A stretch of DNA of 64,000 nucleotides. Source: Podarcis tiliguerta. Lineage: Eukaryota. Under the pieces are notes generated by a model, which worked only from the letters and a program-made list of their open reading frames with translations, was not told where the DNA came from and searched no databases. The position numbers were made by a program, and so were the translations under genes. Numbering within the stretch: position 1 is the stretch's first letter; the number at the start of each line of letters is the position of its first letter. Shown here piece by piece: positions 11,696-24,003 of the stretch. Location of the stretch: NCBI GenBank assembly GCA_965153285.1, contig OZ229113.1; one strand, given 5' to 3'.

Positions 11696-14600
11696 GTTGC
11701 CCAATGCCTGATTCATGGACAATCTCATTTTAAGTTTCTCTCCAAGAAGCTGGTACATTAAAAATAGTGTATTTGCACAACCCAAAATGAGCATCTATAA
11801 AGTATAAACATTGTACTGTAAACATTTCGATAAGGTGAAGAAAACCTCAGAGTAAATACATCATCTCCGCAGAAGTCAATTCCTTCTAAGGGATTGAGAA
11901 CAACCTACAGCATCTCTTCTAACTCCATCTCCTTCCTTCCTTCCTTCATCCATGGCAAAAGTGAAATGCCTCTTTCTTCCTGTCAGGCAGGACACAATTG
12001 TGGGGGTACATACCCATTAAGCTGCCTGGATAAGGAAATCTTCCTGCTATGAAGATAACCATAATAGAAAGATTTGCTTAAGAACTGGGTAGTCATTTTT
12101 TAAAATGTCCTTTCGCATGTCAGAGTGCCATGAATAAAATTGCTTGGCTGATAAAACATAAAACAGGGCTGGGGGTGAAGAGGAGAAGAGAGAATCGTCA
12201 TGCAAGCAGGTGTGAATAAAAGCTTCACAGTGTGTGTCTTCCAGGTACATAACCAAAAGACACATTTCTGTGTGGTGCGTCCTCTTTGGCTTCTTGTTTA
12301 TGCACCTCTGGCTGACCCGATTATGTCAAGTGCCCTTTGAATTCCTTTAATAATAGCTGCTCTCCTCTCGCAGTGATTTCAGACAAGGGCAGCATCAGCA
12401 TCAACTTTAGTCAGCTTCACATTGCCAAAACCAGTCCCTGCTCCTGTGCACTGTAGGGTGTGCTACCTTGAAAGGGAGAGAGATGTGTAAATGCACCTTG
12501 GAGATCAAAAGCAAAATAAAAACACTGCAAATAATACAAGTTTGAACCTTTCTTGTTCATAGCCTTATGCGCATAAGAATTCTCCAGTGGTATTTCAGAG
12601 ATGTGACAAAAGAAGAGTCAATCCCATTCTCATAAAAGTAAAGCTCGCAAACCCCCATTGAATGTTACATGTTATGTTCCACCACTGTCAGAAGGCAATT
12701 TGATCCAGCAGAAGCTTCCATGAGAATAAAGGCCAGAGGAGTGATTTCAGCCTTCCCCCTGGAGCCCGCTCCAACCCTTCACCATCTTCTCCGAAGGATT
12801 GGGGGACCATTTAAAATAGTATGGGAGATGACTTGGGGAGGGGGGTCTGTTAGATTTTGTTAGTTAAAATCTAACAAAGACATTAGGCAGAAGTGCAGAA
12901 TATACCTGAGTCCAGTGTAATCAGTTGTAAATACCGAGTCTCGTAGCACTTTAAAAGCAAACAACTTTTATTATGGCATATGCCTTTAGGGATTCTAATC
13001 TACCTGTGTGAATGCTATTTTCCTTCACCGTCCCCATCCCTTTTTCCTCTTGGGTTATGTCTTGTAGATTATAAGCCCGAAGATGGACACTGTAATTTTT
13101 GATATTTATCTGTAAGAGGCTCTGCAGCCTTTTCTACTGAAAAACAGCATAAAAGTACTTCAAATAATTAAATGAATATATGCCATATGTGAAATATTTG
13201 CTATTGCTTCTCTTAATTTAGTTACTTCTTATTCAGTTATGTACCTCTTATTCCCAAAGTTATGACCGTAAGAAAACAAGAGCAATAAATGTTAAGGTAG
13301 CAATTGCTAATAGGAAAATAACATGATAAAAAATATACAATAATTGCAAAGGGTGGTCACAGAACAATGCAACGTCCAACTGCTGTAACTGTCACTGCTC
13401 AATGGGAGGCCAGTCAGCCAGTCTATTTCATAAACTTTTAATCATGATAATGGAAAACAATTGTCAGAAGCATCCTAGTGAATATTATTTGAGGCTGGAG
13501 GAGTTGGCAGCCATCTGTTCATTAATGTCTGCCATTGACACCTATCAAAAACATTACAAAGCTTCAGGAGTGAAGACATTACAACTTTATTTCTTGTACA
13601 AATGGATTACTATCTTTGATAACTTTTAATGATTTGTTATTATGCCACATTTGTTTCGAGACAGACGATTAGCAACAAATATGCCTCCAGCTTCCCAAGA
13701 TGTTCTAAAAGAAATTATTCTTTGTGTCATACTTCCGGAAAAACCCAAAAACTTATTGAAACAGTTATCATCGTTAACGAGGAAATCATATTTTCACGAT
13801 GCCAGAAAGCAGGAGGCTTGAAATCACCACAGATTCAGATTCAGAGGTCACAAGTCACTCATCTGAGCTAGTCGCCCACCTTTGAAAGTGCCTGGCAACC
13901 TTGTTGCTGCCTCTGGGAATAGACAGCTGACATCTCCAGCTCCTGAATGCCACAGCCAGTAGAGGGCAAAGGTAAACCAGGTAATAAGCTGCTATTTTTA
14001 TTCCTCAAGGGAGACAGCTGAGGAACAACAATATTGAGGAATACAGTCCAAGACTCGTATGCCTTGAACAAGCAAGAGACAAGCCCCAGATGAAGTCAGA
14101 TCACAGCAACGTATAGAATCCAAGCAATTGTAATCAAATAAGCTCAGAAACGGCAGCAAAGAGTGCTTGAGAGCCACTGGTTGCATGTATTCTCCCTCCC
14201 CCCCCCCGCCAAACAATGTACCAGTATATTATTGTTTTAAATGGGGGGGGGGGGAATGTGGTGAAGGTTGCACTGGAAGGGGTGCGAACATAGCAAGGGG
14301 AAGAAACTGTTTAATGATTTCCTTCCTCGCTATTTGTTAATTGAAACTGCTCCTCATGCTATATAAATAGGAATCCTTTCAGCAATGGCAAAAAGAACCC
14401 TCTCCACCCCCTGCAGTACTATTAGGCTTAAAAAAAACCCTCACTTTTGGTGCCAAGGGGTGCACCAACTACAGCATGGAGGAGATGATTTTTGTTGTGT
14501 TGCAGTTGGGATGGTGGGGAAGGGTTAAACCTCCTCCCTCTGCATTCCAAATTAAAATTGACCCTGCACATACAATTAAACTTTTTAATACCACAGCGTG

Positions 14601-14794
14601 GTGGCTGTGAGTAGGTGTGATGCAATTAACATCACATGTCATTAGGCCCTAAGTAGAGGGCACTGGGAAACAGAGTGAAGTAGGTTCTTTCCCTACATAC
14701 TGTACATGCACTTCTTTCACTTCTTAGTTTAATATTCCACAATAGCCTTGTTTTTCATTTAAAAAAACCTGCCATAAGAAAAACACACAACCAT

Positions 14795-15084
14795 GGGCTC
14801 TTCCAGACAACTTGTTTATTGAGCGTTCATCCTTGTTTGTTTTCACAAAAGTTGTGCAGTTTTTTTAATTGTTTCTTTACATGGAGGTTACAAGATATCA
14901 TGTCAAACCATTGCTTTCCCACACTTCCCAATGGTTCGCCATTGCTTTCCTTACTGCAAAAGTCTGGGTTTGGGGCCCAAGTGGATTTTTGCACAAGACC
15001 ACTAAACCCACTTCACTTGTGCAAGCTAAATTTGACAATGTATGATTGAAGGCCGCCCTCAAAATAGCGGCAGTCTGGAAGCAG
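14795..15084. mobile_element. Old MITE (PIF/Harbinger-like termini)
   Basis: Imperfect inverted ends gggctcttccagac / gtctggaagcagc. Confidence 0.45.
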
Positions 15085-15360
15085 CTGTGTATCTAGTTTG
15101 GCTCTGGATCAGTACCTTTTTATTTTCCCAGCAGTACTTCCTAACCCCAGATTTAAAAACAACAACTCCCTACTGTACTATTTTGATTGGAGAATTTTTT
15201 TCTTTTTCGGATAAAACCCAACCCTTAAGGAATTCAAGAATACAAAGCATTTTGGATGGATACTGAAAATAGGTTGCACTTGCATGCAAGTTTGGAGGAT
15301 AGTTAATAATAAATGGGTTGAGTGTATATGCTACTTGTACACAAAATAGTTTTGCAAGAG

Positions 15361-15794
15361 AGGTTAGAAGTTCAAAGTTGAGCCTGAGTCTATACTGCCT
15401 TCACTGTTCTCTTTTAATTATCTGAGGTCAGGAAGTTAATAATACTAGAAATACCCACTAGAGACCTCTTGCTCACTGTATGAACTTTAAACTTGTCTGC
15501 ATTTTTTTTTTTTTTTTTGAAAGGGTAAAAAGTTCAGTGAAAACACGATGGTTTTCTCCTTTGGCCTACACTAGTTCAACCTCAAGGGTTAAAAGTTTAA
15601 CTGTAAAAGAGGAACCTTTGTTCGCTGAGGTAATTTCAAAAGTTCACTTATTAAAAGGTAAGATTTCAAATAAAAGGCAAAGTCCAGTGTGATTCTATTC
15701 CACAAGAATGAAAACCTTGTGACAAAGGAATACTCTTTAATCTGTTGTCACATCGGAATGACCTTCACATTTTATTGTCTTTGTGTTTTGAACT
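15361..15794. promoter_or_regulatory. Candidate nuclear-receptor enhancer (half-site cluster)
   Basis: Eight perfect AGGTCA/AGTTCA hexamers, several in DR1/DR2 arrangements, plus an HNF4-like CAAAGTCCA. Confidence 0.5.
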
Positions 15795-15940
15795 TTGGAA
15801 AAGCAATGTCTCCTGTAAGCCAACTTTATAGGTTTAACGTCAACACACAGCACTGGAGAATTCTTTATATTTTTCAAATAAATGCAATTTATGTTTACCA
15901 CTTACACATTAAGTTCATTCCTGTATGCCTTGTGTTGCTG

Positions 15941-16605
15941 ATACCGCTTTCTTATAGATGGCAAGTAGTGTTTCATAAAAATATGCTTCTTTCACACATT
16001 GGTATATTACGCTAAACAGAACCATGGCTTAGTGCACATGTATAAACATGCAGGTTCCTAGGGAAGAGCTCACACCTGCTATGTTCTTCCTTGGTCCCTT
16101 TAGCTCAGCAGAGCGCTGAGCTAAATAAACCCTGGCTATAAGTCATGGCTAAGAAGGAGAAAGCTTAACCGGAGAACAGGCCATCCTGAATCACTACTGA
16201 GCTAAAGGGCCAGGGAGGAGCAAAGCAGCTGTGATCTCCTGTCTGGGAACCTGCATGTTCATGCATATGCATTAAGCCATGGTTCAGCTTAGCAAACTAC
16301 AGTGGTACCTCAGGTTAAGAACTTAATTCGTTCTGGAGGTCCATTCTTAACCTGAAACTGTTCTTAACCTGAGGTACCACTTTAGCGTATGGGGCCTCCT
16401 GCTGCTGCTGCGCCGCCACCGCGCAATTTCTGTTCTCATCCTGAAGCAAAGTTCTTAAACCGAGTTACTATTTCTGGTTTAGCGGAGTCTGTAACCTGAA
16501 GCATCTGTAACCTGAAGTGTCTGTAACCTGAGGTACCACCAACGTGCATGAAAGAAGCAGATTTTTTTTATAAATAACTACTTGCCATCTATAAGAAAGT
16601 GGTAT
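15941..16605. mobile_element. Palindromic (foldback) DNA element with long inverted arms, hosting a younger MITE
   Basis: 15941-16003 is the reverse complement of about 16538-16605 (ctttcttatagatggcaagtagt). 16010-16115 pairs with about 16195-16293 (aaccatggcttagtgcacatg / catatgcattaagccatggtt). Confidence 0.75.
16299..16540. mobile_element. Tc1/mariner (Tigger-like) MITE
   Basis: Starts TA-cagtggtacctcaggtta, ends taacctgaggtaccac, and contains internal repeats of the TIR. Confidence 0.8.
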
Positions 16606-18249
16606 TTGAAAGAACAATGCACAACCCTGTAAATGTAGATCAGAGCCCTCAATGCTAAACCTTTGAAAAACTGAGCTAGGGATACCTTGGTGTTTATGAG
16701 TGAGGCACACCACAAAGTTCCACCCTCAGTAATCTCTAACCCTGTTCAGGTCAGTTGTTGCCATGTTGTGTACTGAAAACACTTGACTTATGTTGGGAGG
16801 GTCAAGTGTGCAACATGCATCACATTTATATAGTGTTCAGGCAAAGTGCTTCACACCCATTATCTCAGCTCTTTAAGCTCAGTCAAGGACTTAAATTGTT
16901 GCTAGCTACCCTGAGATCAGTGAATTTGTTTAGTATACAAATAAACTGTTGTTTAATCGTATCTTAAACTGTTGTTACTCACCCTGAAATCTTCTAGGAT
17001 GAACAGTGGGATAGATAAGATCAATTTTTAAATAAATTTCTATTGATAAAATAAATTTAAAAATAAATGTCACTATGCCCATATTGTGGTTAGGAGTGAG
17101 GAAGGAATGAAACTGAAAAATAGTGGCTTGCTTGAACCCACGTAGTTCATTCGTGAGTAAAGTGAGAATTTGAGCCAGTAGCTGATTAGCTCATATGTCA
17201 CACTCTTAGCTGTGACATTACCCTACATACTGGATCCAAAGCTTTCCTTCTCTAGTATTTTTGCTAAGAGATCCATTCATTTTGCCTCAGTGTCCTTAAT
17301 TTTCAGACTTTTCTGTGCATCTCTAACCAAAGCATCTCTGTTTCTATTCCCAATGTAAAAGCTGCACGCTACGTTGCTTCAAAAGTTGGATTCAGATCAT
17401 TTTTCCTTATATAAAAACTAGGAAGTGTATTTGTTCTCATTAAGGCACTCTTCTTAAAGTGACATAAATTCATTTCCTTCATCTCGTTAGCAAATGGGAA
17501 GTGCTCGTGTTTGAGGCTCTTCCGGTTTCAGTGCAGTAAGTGTCAATGGACAGAAGTCAAATTTGTTCATTTGGCCTCGTAGATCTTACAACTGAAAAAG
17601 AGGTGGTTTGGATTTATTTATTTATTTTAAAAAAATGTAATTGAAATTATAAGCAGAGGCTCTAAATGGACATATGCTGTGAATTATTTCAAATACGTAT
17701 GTTGCTTAGATAATTGGGAAGCAGCATGAAGGTTGCGTTCTCAATTTTCCTTGGCATGCTGTTTTAAACATTGTTTTGTATTGTGTTGCCTTGAATCCAC
17801 TCTTTTTTGAGGATTAAAATCCACTATCCGGGTGCTAGTAGAGTCCTTCTTTGGTAGTTGCTCATGTTCTGTCCCTCACAGTTAGGTACCCAGGAAAAGC
17901 CTATCATCTCCAGATCAATATCCCAAGCTTCTGTGCCCCTAAGGGAAATTTCATTTTGCTATCATGCAGGGCTCCAATTATGAAACAATGGGTAGGAGGT
18001 CAGTCCACAAGCTCCATCCTCTGGTTCCTCCAAATTTTAGCCAAACCACACACCCTGTCTAAAGATTGAAGAAAAGGGGCAGAGCAACACAAAAGCCCCC
18101 CTCTTTAATTCGAGCCATGCTATCATATTAGAAAGGAAGCTTGTGTAACACCATGTCCTCAAGGAGCAAGCATGATGAGGGGAATATATGTATTAACTTG
18201 ACTTGTCCTAGTCCTTGTCATGCCTACTAGCTCTGCATTCTGTAGAGCA

Positions 18250-18360
18250 GAGGAGGGGAACCTGTAGCCTGCCAGACATTGCTGGACTACAACCCCTAAC
18301 CATTGGACATGGGAGTTGGAGACCAACAATTTCTGCTTGGCCACAAGTCACCTACTCCTA
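18250..18360. mobile_element. Degraded hAT MITE (ggactacaactccc family)
   Basis: ggggaacctgtagcc...ggactacaaccc...gggagttggagaccaac...ggccacaagtc inverted structure. Confidence 0.55.
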
Positions 18361-19156
18361 GTGAAATGGAAATATAGGCCCTTACTGATTATTAGAAAAG
18401 ATGGCAAGAGATTTGAGGCAAAACTAAGGAGTGAACTAAGTGTCAGAACGAATGAAGAAGCTGCCACGAGAATTTTTATACTGAATCTTTAGAGTTGCTG
18501 TTCCTGTAGAATAGCTTGCATGTTTGTTGAGAACAAGGCATTTCATGATAGAATATTATGCAACATTGACAGTATGGTGGAGTAACAAAATGGCTATATA
18601 TTCTTGAACAACCATATATTTCTTATAACGGTAGTCACACATGCACATTTCAATGCCTAGTACTGTACACATGCTACATATTAGCAACTTCTGTTCCTGT
18701 AAACCTATAAAGGCAAGTTCTGCAAGAAAATACACAATCTTATGTAGAAATGTTCACTTTGGTAAAGTACTGGGTCAAAGCTACTCTCAAATTTCAAGTT
18801 TTATGCTGCATGTGCAGGGGGAAGAGGGTGTAAATTATGAAATGTCCTAAAATATGAATAAGTCATGTGGAAATAATTAATCACAGGAAACTCATTAAAA
18901 TTAAAAGTGTATTTTAAATGGTTTCTTGATTGAGTACAAATGCCTCATTAATTAAGAATGCATTGACTTAAGAACACAAGTGATGTCAAAAAGAGAATAA
19001 TGACTGACATGACATGGAATACAACATGCTGTGTGTTCTCTGTCTCAAACACTCAGGAAGAACAGTCTCCACAAAAGTTCAGTGGATGCATAAGATGGAA
19101 AGCTCTTCAATGCCTCTTGATTATTTTTAAGTGCCATTGTACACAGGGATGTTGGG

Positions 19157-19760
19157 TAGAATCATAGGATCATTGGGTTGGAAGGGAACTTGGAAGGCAT
19201 CTAATCCAATCTACCACTGCAGGCAGGACCAGCAATGCTGGATGCACTTACAGCATCCCTGACAGATGGTCTACTAGTCTCTGTTTAAGTTCCTCAAGAG
19301 AAGAAGACCCAACCACCTCCCAGGGCAGTCTGTTCCATTCTGAACATTTCTTCCTGTTAGCTCTCTTTCCCACTGAGATTGTCTTGAGGTATGACTGTAT
19401 TCTGCTGGTTCTCTCCATTCCGTTTCCGTTATGCTCACTAGATCTGTGTTCTCCTTTATAACCAAGCATTCCAGCTTGCCCATCTTAACTTTGGGGCTTC
19501 TAGCATTAGCATAGAAACATTGGCACATGGTGTCCCTTTCTTTCCATCATGTGCATGTTTTTCCTGTCACCATTTGGCCTCTTTGACTGGCTGTCATGTT
19601 CTGCTGTAGGTTCTTGGCCTCTTTCCACGGTTCCCCTGGGGGTAGGGAGAGAACATTTTCATCCCCATCCCTTAGGAATGATAAATCCTGAAGTGAATAC
19701 TACTCCCGCTTCTGTTGGCTTTCCCCCAGAGATCATTTTTAAAAGAGTTCTATCAACTTC
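19157..19760 (-). mobile_element. CR1 LINE remnant with 3' end joined directly to the ORF2 N-terminus
   Basis: The 3' tail (tagaatcatagg) and ORF2 C-terminal WNRLPWEVVGSSSLEELKQRLVDHLSGML sit next to the endonuclease start CFYANARS..KMGKLECLV...DLVSITETEW. Confidence 0.8.
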
Positions 19761-22700
19761 TTGCTGTGCAGAACCAGTAGTTAAGTTCCATTCTGTGTTC
19801 CTCTATTGCCGCTGCTCCTTGATGTTTGTCGTTGTTTTAAGAATATTTCCATTTGAGTATGAATCTTTCAGGATTGTGTGATATCACCCTACAGATGACA
19901 AAATATTAAGGAAAATGCATGTGTTGTTTGTTAGATTCATCATAATGTTTAGTCACTGAAGTACTATACACATTTCAGTAATGCCCAACTCCCGTATCAG
20001 CTATACATGAGCAGGTTTTAAGTTCTGGGGGAAAATATTTGGCTTGATAGATTAACAGAGCACTACTGGTATTGCATTAATATCAATAGAACTTGTACAC
20101 AGACAACTTCTGAAATGATTCTGCTTCCTAATTGCAACAAGAACTAAGCTGCAAGTTTCTTTAACATTCACTCTATATCAAAGAACTTGTTTCCCAGTAT
20201 GTAACTAAGCAACCAAATGTCCTTGTGTCTTCCACCAATCAAAAGCTGGCCATGCACAACGCTGCATATCAAATATGTGTCTGTTAAGCCGTAAAGATCA
20301 GGCAGAACAATGGAAATGTGGATGCATGCATCGTAGGAGAAGCTTTTCGGAAGGACTTTCTAGGTGCTCCAATTTTCCACCAGATCTTTATCGTTCTATT
20401 AACATGACTTTTCTGGGGGAAAGCAATTGCCCATTTCCATGGTGTACATCATATTTGCAATGAACTATCTCTAGTGTGTGACACTTTGTAATAATTGGCC
20501 TAATCTTTATTAATTTCTCTGATGTTCATCGTAGTAACATTAATCATTTGATGCACTTTTGGTATTAATTTGAATGTCATAGGTACTTTCCTAGCAGTTC
20601 CATTGTAATTCCGGATTAATTAATTTACTGTTCCTGCCAATTTTGATTTAAAAATTAGACTTCTAGTAAAAAATCCACCTTGGCAGTTACTTCTTCTTTT
20701 TTTTTACATTTTTAATTGCTGGTGCAAATGCCGAGGGTATGGTTATCTTGTGCGGCTCCTGTTTCAACAAGAATTTCACATTTTAATTTTATTTAAATGT
20801 CGACACAACAGAAAGTCCTTGGGGAAATTGCAGATTTGGGACATGTCAGGGATCTGCACCCTCCACCCTTTGTATCTCAGGGAGCCTCTTCATACCCTAA
20901 TGAAGAACACCCATAGAAGGTGAGTTGCCAAAGTTCTGGTTATAAGGGGGTGTACTGCCTAGCAAAAGCAACCAGGAGATTATGGCTTGCTGAAGCAGCC
21001 AATATGGTAAGACTCTTCTAGAACTTAGCTGCTGGTGAAATTAATGGGGGCCCAAAGACATGAGCATGAAGAGATTGCTTGAATTACATTATCCATGAAG
21101 AAGTGGAAGGAGACATTACTAAGGGATAGAATTGCCTAAGATGTGGCTTAAGATCTAAATGTAATAGTAGTTGGAGAACATGTTGCTGAACTTTTGTGAA
21201 TGCATTGATTAGGATTCATCCATTATTCTGCTGAATTTACCATATTGGTTTGCTGACAGAGCTGGATTAGTTTGCTGACATCGATGTATTTGTTTGGATG
21301 GCAATAGTATCACAGGATAGAACAGGGAGTGGCTTGGGAATCTGTTTACTGCTTTGCAGAAAGTATTATAAAAGGAACAGTTAAAAAAGTAACACCAATC
21401 TGTTCCAGTTGTTTTAAATTTAAAACAAGGTGATACATAGGCTTTCAAAAGGGGCGTCCTGGTAAGTTATTCCAGGACAGTCTGCCTGTTCTGTTGGTGA
21501 AGACTTACCCTGGACTAACAGGAAAAGGTCTATGGCTCACCTGTAAATGATGATCAGAGGGACAGATCATCCCACTTTACTGTAGGTGTCAAGAGCAAGC
21601 AGTGAGTCATCATCATTTGATAATTATCTCCTCTTGTGGCTAGAGCCTTGTGAACAGATTTATTGTAGTTGAGGTGACATGGACAAGTTTATTGTAGTGG
21701 AGCCTTCTGAGTGTACTCGGTCGTACTTGTCATTGGGTGTACTAGATCGTACTTGTCATTATTGTAATGTCAAATAAAAGTGAGTTGTCTCATATCCCTT
21801 TGGTGGTTTTCAACCCTTAAACTATCCTGTGTCAGTGCTTTTACTGCTTCTCCTTTCTACCTCTTTTCCCTGCTTCTGCCCACAAGAAGACAGTAATGAT
21901 TGCATCATGAGATTGTACATTCATTTAAGTGCAGGAAGTCCCCTAACTATCATCTTCAAGTATAATAAACTCCAGGTCAGTTTATGCCAGTCTCCTTGGT
22001 GATGTCCACCAAGAGAGAGTTAAATGCACAGGCATTTATTTTATTGGTCCAAAAATAAATGCTACAAGTAAGCAGAAATGAAAGTGGTGTGGGTTTACCA
22101 CTTTCTCCAGCAATGATGGCAGGAGCTGTCTCTGACATATTTTATTCCCTAAAAAATGTTTTCTTTTGCTTTTGGCAGTGGTAAATATGATACAGAAGCA
22201 TTATCACCGGCTCCTGGAAATACACGGGCAAATTGATGGCATTTGACCATCAGATGCTTACTTAAAAAGTAACTGCTGGAGAAAATGAAGGAGAGCTGGC
22301 TATCTATGAGGTTTATTGAGGCGGCTGACATGCTACAAAAGGCAGGTGGGCGTGAAGCTTGAATGGTTTACAACCAGCAATAACAAGACTGAAAATACAT
22401 CTTAATCATGTAATCTCCCACCACGTGATCCTATGCCTGAGGTGAAGGTGATGGGGATCATTCTGTTAGGGCAAGCTGGTGCCTTTCCAGGCAGATTACT
22501 GGGCATGTTAACACAGAAGAAAAAGGATTGCTTTGCACATGACGTAAGGGAGAAAGGAGGTTATGCAGCACAAGCCACAGGAGGAAAGAGATCAGCCCCA
22601 GAGCCACAAAGGCGAGGGACATGTGGAAAGCCTTGTGGCTAATCAGGGTCTACCTGCAGTGAATTTACCTTGATTTGTCCAGAGGAAATGTGAAAAGGAA

Positions 22701-23562
22701 AGTGAAAGTGTCTCAAAGAAAACAGTTTCTGTTGAGATAAAGCAGAATTGGAAGCCTTCGTCAAAAAGTTGTATTTGTGGATTAAGCATGCATGGGATTA
22801 TTTTAGATTAAGTTTTTTTTTGTATCTCTGTTGAAAGCTGCGGTCTGTCCTAAGCCTTTTGGACAGGGCACTCTGAAAATGAAAACATAAAGAGTTATAC
22901 GTGTATATCCACATAAGGTCCCAAGCTGGGGATTTGGACACAGAAGAGTTTGTCAAAGCAGGAAGGGTCAAAAGAGGCTGCATGAAAGGCAAACAAGTGA
23001 TTCTTGAAGCAGCTTTTAGACTGCTCTCTTATAGTGAGATGTTCTGATGTTTTTGTTTCATTTGCTTTAGAGTAATCTCAACTTTTTGTAAACTGGCCTG
23101 GAACTTGTTAAAAGTATGGAGTATTAATCCCTAATGTGCATAAAAGGCATAGAACAAATATGTAAGGTATCCTTGCTAAACTCAAAGGCTTTTCCTAAGT
23201 CCAGAGTTGTGTTTCAGTTATTTCACAATGAATCCCTGACAATGTTTTAATATTGTTTTGGCACTGCTTCAAAGAAAGAAAGCTCCACAGTATATGTTGT
23301 GCATCAAGCCTCTTCATGTTAATGGCTGGGACCACTTATTATACTCAGAAGTGTGTCCCACTCAGTTCAAAAGCACTTCCTTCTAGGTGAGTGAGGATAG
23401 GATCGCAGGCCGATTAAGATGAGGATGAGATCAAGTTTGGGCTATAAAACTGCTTTTGGGCTTTGGTGAAGTGCAGAACTATCCTATGCATTTTTGCTCA
23501 GAGGGAAGTCCCACTGTGTTAAACGGGACCTTCTCCTGAACAAGTGTGTGTTTAGAGTCACT

Positions 23563-24003
23563 TAGAATCATAGAGTTGGAATAGACCACAAGGGCCATCG
23601 AGTCCAACCCCCTGCCAAGCAGGAAACACCAGCAGAGCACTCCTGACATATGGTTGTCAAGCCTCTGCTTAAAGACCTCCAAAGAAGGAGACTCCACCAT
23701 ACTCCTTGGCAGCAAATTCCACTGTCGAACAGCTCTTACTGTCATGAAGTTCTTCCTAATGTTTAGGTGGAATCTTCTTTCTTGTAGTTTGGATCCATTG
23801 CTCTGTGTCCGCTTCTCTGGAGCAGCAGAAAACAACCTTTCTCCCTCCTCTATATGACATCCTTTTATATATTTGAACGTGGCTATCATATCACCCCTTA
23901 ACCTCCTCTTCTCCAGCTAAACATGCCCAGCTCCCTTAGCCGTTCCTCATAAGGCATCGTTTCCAGGCCTTTGACCATTTTGGTTGCCCTCCTCTGGACA
24001 CGT
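23563..24003 (-). mobile_element. CR1 LINE, 5'-truncated 3' fragment (relatively young)
   Basis: Translates as MIATFKYIKGCH.EEGERLFS..PE.RT.SNG.KLQERRFHLNIRKNF.TVRAVRQWN.LPR...ESPSLEVFKQRLD. It has a CR1 3' stem and an (ATTCT)-type tail. Confidence 0.95.
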
